DNA of 64,000 bases from Selaginella moellendorffii (GCF_000143415.4 NW_003314266.1:580463-644462); one strand, 5' to 3'; counted from the first letter of the stretch, positions 14,308-24,512 are shown. Numbers and translations are program-made. The notes: generated from the letters alone by a model not told the origin.

Positions 14308-15825
14308 ATGGACTTTGCTGTGGCCTTGTTCGTCCTTGCCATCGGCTGGATCACTCTATCTCTCTTCATTGAGAGAATTCGATCGTCGCGGCTCCCTCCA
14401 GGTCCATTCTCTTTGCCCATTTTTGGAGCGCTCTTCTCCCTCGAGGAGCCACTCCACCACCACTTTGCGAAGATCGGCAAGAAGTATGGGCCGATTGTCT
14501 TCCTCAAGATGGGAATGGCCCCGTTCGTGGTGGTCAACGACAACCAAATGGCAGCACAGGTTCTCAAGGCCCACGACCTTGAGTTTGGAAGCCGACCGGA
14601 CGATGGGTTCTTCCGGATCGTCAGCCACGGCCGGAACGATCTCGTCCTGGCTCCCATCGGTGATAAGTGGAAAGCAATGAGAAGGATTTGCAGCACACAC
14701 CTGTTTAGCAACAGTATGGTCAAGGCAAGTGCAGGATTCCGGGAGTCAGAGATGAAGCATGCAGTCAAGGCCATTTTCCAGCAATCCGGGACAACGATCA
14801 AGCTGCAAGAGGTTCTCAGCAATCTCTTGTCAAATTCGCTGTGCCTGGTTCTTTTTAGCGAGCGGGGGCTGGAAGTGGTGGATCTTGTCCGGAGCGTAGC
14901 CGCTCTAAGCTTGAACTTGAACATTGGAATTCTGTTTCCGGCACTCGACCGGCTGGATTTTCATGGAATCTATCAGAAACTCAACACGCAGCTCATGCCT
15001 CGTCTGAAGCTCCTGCTGGAAGATCAAATCGACAAGCATCGACGCCGGAAAGATCAAGCTGGAGACGGATTCGTCCCTCGAGATTTCATCGACGTTCTTA
15101 TATCTCTGGAGGACAAGGATAAGTTGTCCAACATCTCCATGTTGGCACTGCTCTCAGTAAGCTTCTAGATCGTGGTCGGTATCTCTTAAAAGCTCTCTTT
15201 TATCCAGGACATGATTCTCGCGGGGCTGGAAACGTCACTAGTGACGATCGAGTGGACAATGGCGGAGCTCATTAACCATCCGCAAGTCATGTCCAAGGCT
15301 CAACAGGAGATGGACAACGTTGTAGGCAGAGCTCGCGCTGTGCAAGAGTCCGATCTTCCAAATCTTCCATACATCGAAGCCATTGTCAAGGAGTCATTAC
15401 GTCTCCACCCGGCGCTCCCACTGGGATTTCCTCACTCGAATCCCAAGCCAGTCAAGTTGGGCGGCTACACCATCCCTGGCGGCTGCAAGGTTCTCGTCAA
15501 CATATGGGCCATTGGACGCGATCCCGCTCGCTGGTCCAACCCAGAGGCGTTCCAGCCGGAGCGTTTTCTGGACTCCAACCCCATCCCTGCCAACGGCCAG
15601 AACTTTGATTTCCTTCCAAGGAGAGTTTGTGTTGGCTATCCACTGGCCATGAGATCGATATCGTTTTTCGTGGCCAGTTTGCTCCAGGCATTCGAGTGGA
15701 GTCCTGCTAACCCAGCCGGGATCGACATGGAGGAACGCACAAGAAGTATGACGATGAAGCTCACTGCCGACTTGCTTGTAAATGCGTCTATCAGGCTCGA
15801 TCAGAATATATTGATAAATAATTAA
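14308..15825 (+). CDS. Cytochrome P450 array copy 3; exons 14308-15156 and 15208-15825; heme motif carries a 4-aa deletion (possibly non-functional)
   Basis: Membrane anchor + PPGP hinge, AGLETS, ESLR, PERF; DFLP-RRVCVG instead of DFLPFSSGRRVCVG; frame open. Confidence 0.85.
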
Positions 15826-16283
15826 AATGACCAAATGCCTTGACCTTTTTCTCTTCATATGCCAACCTATACCAAGCATTCGTGTACTTCAAAATTGGGA
15901 TGGTTCCATATTTGTAACTAAACACCAGTGAAGAGGCATAAGTTCCTAACAATGCTGAAAATAGATGACAAATTGCTCTGGCTGTGGCATATTTAAATCC
16001 ATCTCATGCTTCTTTGGGGGCATTGCAAAACCTTGTAAACAGTGTACTCATGAACGAAACAAGGAGTTCTTCAAGATAGACATCCAGTGATAAATTAATG
16101 CACCAGAAAAATGAAGAAGTTTTTATGTTTTATGTTTTATTTGATTGAAATTTTATATGTTAGTCTCATGGAATCATTGACTCGTGGATGCAAGAGAGCA
16201 ATTACGATACTCTTGTCTTGATGTTTACTATAACATGGCTATAACATGGCCATGGCATATAGATCCAGACCAGCTTAGAATCA

Positions 16284-17816
16284 ATGGACTTGGTTGTGGC
16301 CTTATTCGTCCTAGGCATCAGTTGGATCACAATATTGATCCTGGCTGGGAGAATTCAATCGTCGCAACGGCGGCTCCCTCCAGGTCCATTCTCTTTCCCC
16401 ATTTTTGGAGCGCTGTTCTCCCTCCAGCATCCACTCCACCACTACTTCGCAAAAATTAGCAAGAAGTATGGGCCAATTGTCTACCTCAAGATCGGAATGG
16501 TCCCATATGTGGTGGTGAATAACAACGAAATGGCAGTTCAGGTTCTTAAGGTCCACGACCTCGAGTTTGCAAGCCGGCCGGCCGAGGAGTTCTTCCGGAT
16601 TGTCAGCCACAACTGGAACGATCTCATCCTAGCGCCCATCAGTGATAAGTGGAAGAGAATGAGGAAGATTTGCAGCACACACCTGTTTAGCAACAGTATG
16701 CTGAATGCAAGCTCAGGATTTCGGGAGTCAGAGATGAAGAATACAGTCAAGACCATTTTCCAGCAATCGGGGACAACAATTAACCTGCAAGAGGTTTTCG
16801 GTAAACTCTTGTCAAATTCGTTATGCCTGGTTCTTTTTAGCGAGCGGAGGCCGGAAGTGGTGGATCTCATTCGGAACATAACCTCTCTAAGCTTGCAGTT
16901 GAACATTGGAGCCCTGCTTCCAGCACTTGACGGGCTGGATCTCCATGGAGTCTACAAGAAACTCAACAAGGAGCTCATTCCTCGCCTGAAGCTCTTGCTG
17001 GAAGATCAAATCGACAAGCACCGACGAAGGAAAGATGAAGCTGGGGACAGGTTCATTCCTGGAGACTTCACCGACGTTCTTATATCTCTGAATGACAAAG
17101 ATAATTTGTCCAACCTTTCCATTTTGGCACTGCTCTCAGTAAGTTTTATAAACATCTAGATCGTGGTCGTGATCACTTTTTCTTTCTTGCGACAGGACAT
17201 GGTTATTGCGGGGATGCAAACTTCACTAGTGACACTTGAGTGGACAATGGCGGAGCTCATAAACCATCCGCGGGTCATGTCCAAGGCCCAAGACGAGATC
17301 GACAGCGTTGTGGGGAGAGCTCGGGTGGTGCATGAGTCTGATCTTCCAAGCCTTCCATACATCGAAGCCATTTTCAAGGAATCACTGCGTCTCCACCCTG
17401 CGGCCCCACTGGGAGTTCCTCACATGAATCCCAAGCCTGTCAAGCTGGGAGGCTACACCATCCCTAGCGGCTGCAAGGTTCTCGTCAACATATGGGCCAT
17501 TGGACGTGATCCCGCTCGCTGGTCCGACCCAGAAGCGTTCCAGCCGGAGCGCTTTCTCGGCTCTTCCATCTCTCCCAACGGGCAGAACTTAGATTTCCTT
17601 CCATTCTCATCGGGGAGGAGAGTTTGTGTTGGCTATCCACTCGCGATGAGATCCATCCCATTTTTCATGGCTAGTTTGCTCCAGGCATTCGATTGGAGTC
17701 CTGCTAACCCGGGCGGGATCGACATGGAAGAGCGCTCGAGAAGTATGACGATGAAGCTCAAAGCCGACTTGCTTGTCAATGCGTCTATGAGGCTCGAATG
17801 TCAAAATATATTATAA
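16284..17816 (+). CDS. Cytochrome P450 array copy 4, intact, 491 aa; exons 16284-17138 and 17196-17816
   Basis: Anchor, PPGP, I-helix AGMQTS, ESLR, PERF, PFSSGRRVCVG; 57-nt GT-AG intron at the same position as in the other copies. Confidence 0.93.
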
Positions 17817-17866
17817 AAGTTAAACTTTTATAACATTTATCAACGTATTGTTAAATTAGCGTGTCA

Positions 17867-19244
17867 TCATGTGAGGCGTTGGATGGCGTCAGGCTGTAAC
17901 ACGACCGTGACGCTCATCCCGCCGTCCATTTCCGCGGAAGGGAAGAGGTAGATCTTGCCCTCGTGGAGATCATTGGTCCCAAAGCTCGACCCCAGCGGCC
18001 GCCCAAATCCAAAGTCACACTCCATCACCGGATGCCGCGGGGAGCTCACGACGATGTGGAAGGGATAGATCCGGTATCGTGTGACGAGCCTTGCAATCTC
18101 TCGGTCCATGAATGCTGTGATCTTCTTGGCTCTCTGCTCGTCGCCCGCCGCGATTGCCCGGTGGATCAGCTCGGCGGCGTGGGAGAGGGGCTCTCGATCG
18201 AGCTCCTCGGCGGCGGCGCTCACCAAGGAGTAGATCACGGCGTTGCCGAAGTAGGATTCGGGGACGGATTCCATCTTGCCGCGGCCGCTGGCGAGGATGA
18301 TGAAATTCGATGCCGATCCACTGGGAAGAGCTCTCGCGATCGTCATCCTCTTCCAGAAATTCGCGCACACGACCTCGTACGTGGTGAATCTCTTGCCGTC
18401 GCTGGCCGAGATGCCAGCCTCGATCTTGAGGCTCTCGATCGCGGCTCGATCCAGCTTGAAGATCTTGGTGCCAAGCGGTAGCGGCGGCATGGATTTGGCG
18501 CTCTCCAGTGGCAAGAATCCACCGGCGGCTCCAGCCGCGAGTAGCTCATCTCGATCCATGGCTGGAGTTTCTTCGTTGTAGCTGTAGAATGGACCAGGGA
18601 TCTCTTTCGGGGAGAGGGAGCCCTGGTCGAGGCCGGATCTCGCGAGCTTGGCCCAGCAGGCGATGAATCTCCAGGCGCTGATCCCGTCCATGGCCTGGTG
18701 GCTAAACGCGACTCCAATGCTGAGGCCTCCACACTGGAATCTCGTCACCTAGGCACAGTACAGCCAAAAGATCTCGTCCTCTCTCGGTCTTGCAATCTTT
18801 TACCTGGACGAAGAGCAAGGGATCCTCGGGCTTCCAGGGATGGGCCGGCTCTGGGGATCCAATCTCAGACAGGGAATCACAGAACTTGGATGGCTCGAAA
18901 TCCGGAGCGAGATCGCCCAGCCGCATCGATGCCTCCGCGACGCTCAGCTTCACGCCGCGATCGCTCGTGCAATCCAGCTCCAGCCCTTCGAGCGTCTCGC
19001 CGGTGGATCGCATCCGCCCGGCAAGGGGATAGAACACCACCAGCGCCTCGGCCAGGCTCCTCTTGAGATCGCCCATCACTCGAGCGAAGAGATCATCCTC
19101 CACTCCAGGCGGCGCCGCGAAGAAGAGCACGCGCTTCTGGTATGGCACGTACCTCATGATCCTGTCGAATGCGGTGAGCTCGAATCTAGCAGGAGGGATC
19201 GCCGCCGCGGGCTGGATCATCTCGCTCGAGACGATCGAAACCAT
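17867..19244 (-). CDS. BAHD acyltransferase; exons 19244-18804 and 18748-17867
   Basis: FYPLAGR motif, catalytic HxxxD (HQAMD), DFGFG (DFGWG variant); 55-nt phase-0 intron after Gln in LFVQ|VTRF, the conserved BAHD intron position. Confidence 0.93.
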
Positions 19245-19337
19245 ATGAAAGAACAGAGTTTCTCTTTGCGAATATTCTTCTTTTATGCTTTCGAGATTAA
19301 CCTGTTTAAGGGCAAAAAATGGTTTTGTTTTCCAAAA

Positions 19338-19411
19338 AGTTCTGTAGCTCAATTGGTCAGAGCGTTGGTCTTATGAGCCGAAGGTCGCGGGTTCGAGCCC
19401 CGCCAGAACTA
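19338..19411 (+). tRNA. trnI-UAU: tRNA-Ile (anticodon UAU)
   Basis: Cloverleaf: acceptor AGTTCTG/CAGAACT, D arm GCTC/GAGC, anticodon loop CTTATGA, T loop TTCGAGC; A and B boxes present. Confidence 0.93.
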
Positions 19412-19533
19412 TTTCCATTCTCTTACAACCGACATGACTAATCAATCAGTGGATGTATTTATTTGTTCATCAATGTATCCCATCGTCTAGATTTTTTTGC
19501 TACTCTCTATTCTTTCTTTCTTCACGTAGAAGA

Positions 19534-20901
19534 ATGGTTCGCGAGCGCGGGCGCGTGCGCCCTCAATCGATCACGCTCCAGTTCCACGCCGCCGCTCGAT
19601 GCCGCGCCGGCCAGCTCGCGATCCAGATCGAGGGAAGCGACATCCAATGCACGATGGACATGCTGTTGAGCTGCAAGCTCTTGCTGCGGCGATACCATGA
19701 CGGCGAGCAGCTCCTGGACTTGGATCTCCCGGGGGGAGCCAAGACATTCCACACCATCCAGAGGTACGTCCATGGCGATGCCATCACGCTCACGGTCGAG
19801 GCCGCCCTCGACCTCTACCTGGCGCTCCAGATCCTCGAGTGCGTCCTCCCGTTGCGCTCCCACTGCCGCGATTTCCTGCGGTCCACCGTCCTCGTCTCGT
19901 GGAAGACGATCGTGCGGGCGCTGCTTCTCATCGACTCACCCAGCGGCCGCTTGGATTGGTTCGTGGCCGAGTGCCGCTGCAAGCTCGTCGTGTTTCTCGA
20001 GAGCCTGGGCGTAGCCGAAATCGAGGACTGCCTTCGCATGAAGTTTATGAATCTCAGCCAGCCCCAGGTCCTGCGAGTGATCAAGCTCTTGCGGCAGCCA
20101 AGCGAGGGAGCTCGCAAGGCTCTCGCTCTCAACGAGAATCTCATGGAAGCTCTGGCCAGGATCTACCACCGCATTGGAACAAGGCCACGCCCAAACAAGG
20201 CGCAGCTCTTGCATCTCCTGGGCGATCTCATGCAGCATCCCCACCCCCGGCTCTACCACAGCCAAGGAGGCGAGGCTGAAAACTTCGCGGCCTTCCTCGC
20301 GGTGGCTCTCGCTCCACTGCGCGAGGCTCCCAGCGAGCTCCTGGAGAAGTACTCGTTGGTCCTCTCCAGGCTGCGGGCCTGGGAGATGGCGCGGCTGGAT
20401 CCACACTGTGTTCTCGCGATGGTGGCGCCGTGGAACGAGCTGGAGAGGTCCACGGCCCAGGCGGGCAGAGTCTTCGCGGCCGTGGAAAGGTATGTTGGTC
20501 ATGTCCTCGAGCAGGATGCCAGGGGCCACGGCCGGGACGAGCATTTCAAGAAGGTGGCAAGCTTCGTTGCCTTTGTTGCATCATCCAGTGTGGACGACTC
20601 TCACAGCAGCTTCGTGAGCGATCGTAAGAAAAAGCCAGCCACGGCCGCGACTCCAAAACCCTGCAAGCGCAAGCTGGACCTTGGATCATCCAGTGTGGAC
20701 GACTCTCACAGCAGCTCCGTGAGTGATCGTAAGAAAAAGCCAGTCGTGGCCGCCGCGACTCGAAATCCTGGCAAGCGCAAGCTGGGCCTCGAAGTTATAT
20801 CGATCAGTAGCGACAGCGGCAACGATTCGGAGGGTCACACCATCGCCAGGTTCAAACCCAGACCTCGTAGAAGTCTCAGAAGGAAGTCCAAAGCAATTTG
20901 A
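19534..20901 (+). CDS. Intronless, highly diverged BTB/NPH3 (NRL)-like protein with a basic repetitive C-terminus
   Basis: DLPGGAKTFHTIQRYVHGDAITLTVEAALDLYLALQILEC resembles NRL BTB DFPGGAEAFELxAKFCYG..LxCAAEYLEM; RVFAAVERY resembles the NPH3 LYRAIDIY motif; GC-rich ORF; start could be 19453. Confidence 0.6.
   Translation: MVRERGRVRPQSITLQFHAAARCRAGQLAIQIEGSDIQCTMDMLLSCKLLLRRYHDGEQLLDLDLPGGAKTFHTIQRYVHGDAITLTVEAALDLYLALQILECVLPLRSHCRDFLRSTVLVSWKTIVRALLLIDSPSGRLDWFVAECRCKLVVFLESLGVAEIEDCLRMKFMNLSQPQVLRVIKLLRQPSEGARKALALNENLMEALARIYHRIGTRPRPNKAQLLHLLGDLMQHPHPRLYHSQGGEAENFAAFLAVALAPLREAPSELLEKYSLVLSRLRAWEMARLDPHCVLAMVAPWNELERSTAQAGRVFAAVERYVGHVLEQDARGHGRDEHFKKVASFVAFVASSSVDDSHSSFVSDRKKKPATAATPKPCKRKLDLGSSSVDDSHSSSVSDRKKKPVVAAATRNPGKRKLGLEVISISSDSGNDSEGHTIARFKPRPRRSLRRKSKAI
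20581..20793 (+). repeat. Intragenic tandem duplication (105 + 108 nt)
   Basis: SSSVDDSHSSxVSDRKKKP..KRKLxL encoded twice (20581-20685, 20686-20793). Confidence 0.9.
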
Positions 20902-20977
20902 CTGTAGCAGTCCAGTTTTTTATTTCTATGAAGCTTGTGATCTTTTGACAAGTCAGCTTGAACTCGAGCATGAATCT

Positions 20978-21638
20978 CTAGTCAATGTTAGTGCCCTCAA
21001 ACTGTTCTTCGATCTCTCCTCTCATAATCTTTAGCATCTCCTCCGAGATTGAGAAGCTCCTCGTGAGCACCTCGTCCAAGACTGGGGGATCGGTTGCGAA
21101 GAGGCCGCGATTGACATGCAAGAGCCCCGGACGCTGGCTGTTGAACGAGACGAAGGCTTGCGGCCCACATTGAGCTGGAAATGCACAAGCCCCCAGGGAA
21201 CACAAACAAATCTCCGCAAGTCAGGTACGTAGCATACAATTTGTAGTCCGTGTCCACGAATCCCACGTACATGAGATCGCCCTCGAAGAGGTAGAACGTC
21301 TCCGAGGCCCGGGGATGGACGTGCGGGGGATTCATCCCATGCTTGGCCGCGTAGTCTGCTCGCGCCGAGGACAAGCCCATGGTGTTCACCCCTGGAAACT
21401 CCTCCACGCTCGCGCGGGTGATCCACAATCCCAGCTCGTTGTTGGTGTTGCCGCGATTTGCGAGGCGTGAGAACTTGAAGTCGCTGGCGGTCGTGTTCTC
21501 GCTCGGCTTGCAGGGAAAGCCGTTGACTTGGATCTCCGAGTCAAGATCCGCAACGCAGTGATCCTGGAGTGGATCTGGATCGGCGGCATTGGCGAGAAGT
21601 AGCAGCAAGAGCAGCGATGCGGCGAAAAGAGAGATCAT
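20978..21638 (-). pseudogene. Germin-like protein pseudogene (two frameshifts)
   Basis: Signal peptide, DPDPLQDHCVAD, PPHVHPRASE; LVHFQLNVG and FNSQRPG..DPPVLDEVL lie in two other frames (breaks at ~21186 and ~21155). Confidence 0.88.
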
Positions 21639-21855
21639 CGTCACCAAGATTGTGGCGGAAGAAAGATTGCTCGAGTTCTGTGTGGAAGGCTCTTCTTTTT
21701 AAGTACGTCAAAGTAATGATTCCCTTACAACTAAGATGATCGCGCTTGCTTGTTTCGATGCGGATGATCTCTGTGGAACGCAAAGAGCATGAAACGAAAG
21801 TTGACCATTTGCTTGTGGTTGAAAGTCAAGTCAATTGCTAGGGCGAGCGTAAGCA

Positions 21856-22522
21856 ATGGCAATGGCGACCATGGCGCTATCCCCGTCGAGTTTCTGGGCT
21901 AGCGGGCGCTTGTCTTCTCGCAAGGCAGTCGTGCTCTCACGCCCAGTTCCAATTCACCGCAAGGTAAGCTGCTGTGCGTCTCCGGCGTCGTCATTTGAGC
22001 CGAGCAAACTGGGACTGGGAGCAAAACTCCCCGGCATTTCATCACAGGTCAGCCCTTTCTCTCGATTCTCTTGCATCCTTGCTAACATCCTCGCAGCTTG
22101 GAGCGCCTCCAGTCCCTCGCCTGGACGACCACCAGGACGTCACCGACGTGAGCTGCGATGCCACCACACTCAAGCCCTCCAAGAGCGCAAAGAGGACGCG
22201 AGCGCTCCAGGGCTGCCCTCAGAAGAGGGGCATTTGCCTGAGGGTGTCGGTGGTGACGCCCAAGAAGCCCAACTCGGCTCTCCGCAAGATTGCAAAGGTC
22301 CAGCTCTCCAACAAGAACGTCGTCAACGCCTACATCCCCGGTGAGGGCCACAATTTGCAAGAGCACTCTTGCGTGCTGGTTCGTGGTGGCAGGGTCAAGG
22401 ATTTGCCCGGCGTCAAGTACCACTGCGTGAGAGGGACGCTGGATCTCACCGGGGTCGCCAACCGCAAGCAGGGAAGATCAAAGTATGGCACGAAGAAACC
22501 CAAGGACGCTCCAAAGAAGTGA
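21856..22522 (+). CDS. rps12: Nuclear-encoded organellar ribosomal protein S12 (uS12) with N-terminal transit peptide; exons 21856-22047 and 22097-22522
   Basis: [41 protein letters not shown]; 49-nt GT-AG intron with branch point GCTAAC joins a Ser/Ala/Arg-rich leader in frame. Confidence 0.95.
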
Positions 22523-23036
22523 TACGCTTGCGTGGAAACTCGTTGACCAGGGCTGAAATCTGCCGTTGACCCTCGCGACGGTTTTTGTGAATTATCCAGA
22601 AATGGTCTTGTAACAAATTGAAAGTCCATTTGAAAGTTGGAATTTGACCACAGAATGTGTGAATTTTAAACCCATGCAACCATCCAGTCATTGGGAGTCA
22701 AAAGCCCATTTTTTTATAACGATCGATCCGAAAGATGAGATCAGATCGCCAAATCCAGCAAAAGGGTCTCCCCGGGATTTTGTTCTTGTCGTGCAATAGC
22801 AAAGCCCAATGCAGTGCGTTATAATCTAAAGCTCACTCGCTCAATCCCTCCATCGCGTTCTCTCTTTGTTTGTTTGCCTCTGTTACACAAAGAGACGAGC
22901 AAACATTCCCACTGTTAAGTGTGTGTAAGTGCCCTTCTCCATTCTCCCGCGGCCAATGGATTTGTTCGTACTGGGGTGGCGATGCGACCGTCCGTTTGAG
23001 CTTATCCGACGGATCTGCGCGTGTTGCATGCCGCCG

Positions 23037-23076
23037 GCGCGTCAGCTAGACACGTGTCCGCAGAGCTACACGTCAG
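23037..23076 (+). promoter_or_regulatory. G-box/ABRE cluster upstream of the small membrane-protein gene
   Basis: GACACGTGTC at 23049-23058 with neighbouring ACACGTCA and GCGCGTCA. Confidence 0.45.
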
Positions 23077-23499
23077 CCCGGCAGCTGACCGGCAAGTGCC
23101 CGGCGCCAGCCGGTGGCTCGCGCTTTATGGAATCTCCACTTGGGCATTTCCTCGGGGGAATGGGTCCTGCTCATTTCGCCACTGCCTGTGCGTTGCGTCG
23201 ATTTAGGGTTTGGATCTTGTGCTCTCGATTCCTCTTCTTGCCGGTGATCGGCACGGGGATTTCCTGGCATTCTCCACGGATCTTGGGGAGAATCGCCGCG
23301 AGTGAGCAGAGAATCGCAGGGATTGTCGATTCCTGTGCGATTCCGTGCTGGTTCTGGAATCTGTTGGATTCCGTGGCAGGCGCCTGGTGAAATTCTCACA
23401 GCGAGGAGCCGATCGCTCGAGATCTCAATCTATGCGCTCGTAAGTGTCTTGCAAGAAATTATCGGGGGGCGTGGGGGGAATCTCTCCTGTTCTTGCAAG

Positions 23500-24042
23500 A
23501 TGTCGGAGATCACATTCCTCTTCCGGAGCCATCCCTTGGTCACTGGATTGCTCCTCCTCGGCCTCAGCCCGGTGTGCGTTCTCATCCTGGTGCTCTTCTC
23601 GCCGCTGCTGGTGACGTTCATGCTCTTCATGCTGGGGATCGCGGGGCTGGCCCGATCGAGGCGCCGGCTGGGGCGTCACAAGAGCCGGCGGAGGCGCTAC
23701 AAGCACCGCAGCGCCGGCGATGGATTCTTCTGGGGCGACGATCTGGTAACAAGCGGGAATGAAGGGCTGGAGAGCGAGAAGCAGCAAAGGGTGAACGAGT
23801 ATCTGGAAGACCAGCTCAAGAATCTCGAGGACCTCAGGCCGCTGGAAGCTCCATTCCTGGGAATGGACGACGCCTGGGCGGCTCCTCTCGATCCTTCCTC
23901 CTCTTGGGACGGATTGGACGACGACGACGACGACGGTTTCTTCCCGGACAATTGCGGCGCTCGCAGCGATGTGTCCGACCTGGGGGATGAAAACTCCGGG
24001 AGTCTAGAGGCTTGGCAGCAGCAGAGAATTGGCGGCACATAG
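23500..24042 (+). CDS. Small plant membrane protein of unknown function (hydrophobic hairpin, basic stretch, YLEDQL motif, acidic tail)
   Basis: GC-rich 180-aa ORF; ~38-aa Pro-containing hydrophobic segment followed by RSRRRLGRHKSRRRRYK; likely 5'UTR intron with donor GTAAGT at 23440. Confidence 0.7.
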   Translation: MSEITFLFRSHPLVTGLLLLGLSPVCVLILVLFSPLLVTFMLFMLGIAGLARSRRRLGRHKSRRRRYKHRSAGDGFFWGDDLVTSGNEGLESEKQQRVNEYLEDQLKNLEDLRPLEAPFLGMDDAWAAPLDPSSSWDGLDDDDDDGFFPDNCGARSDVSDLGDENSGSLEAWQQQRIGGT

Positions 24043-24512
24043 CTTCCGGGTTCTCGTGTCGATCGAGCGCGTCGGTGGGATTTTCACTGGATCATGGTTT
24101 TGTGGGTGAGAATTTTGGCAGGATTTCTCTTACACCCCGTCTCCATCCACTTGATTTCTCAGGATCGCCGCGCCTTCAGGATCGTGTGGTGGGGTTGTGT
24201 GGACGGATTGATCAACCAAATTAAAGTCCGCGCATCGTCAATAAAAAAAATTGGGGATATTCCAGCCCTTAATTGTCAAAATCGTCGTGCACAGGCTTGT
24301 GTTGTCTCGTCTTTCTAACGCTTCGAAATTTTCTTCGCGTGTACTTGAACCAAACCATATAATCTATATAAAAAATCTCCATCGATCCAACACAAATGTC
24401 AATAAGCTGCTTTCCCAAGGAAAGTAAAACATCGCTATCATAAACGTTTATTACGTGGAAGGAAAGAAAACAATCGCTGATACTGTAGTAAAGTACGCGC
24501 AGTTTACCAATG

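Noticed and set aside
21856-22522. rps12 as bacterial contamination or a raw organellar insertion
   Set aside because: It has a spliceosomal intron, a targeting leader, nuclear-like GC3 and no neighbouring rps7 or nad3
23500-23660. True oleosin
   Set aside because: The hydrophobic stretch is ~38 aa rather than ~70 and the full PX5SPX3P knot is absent
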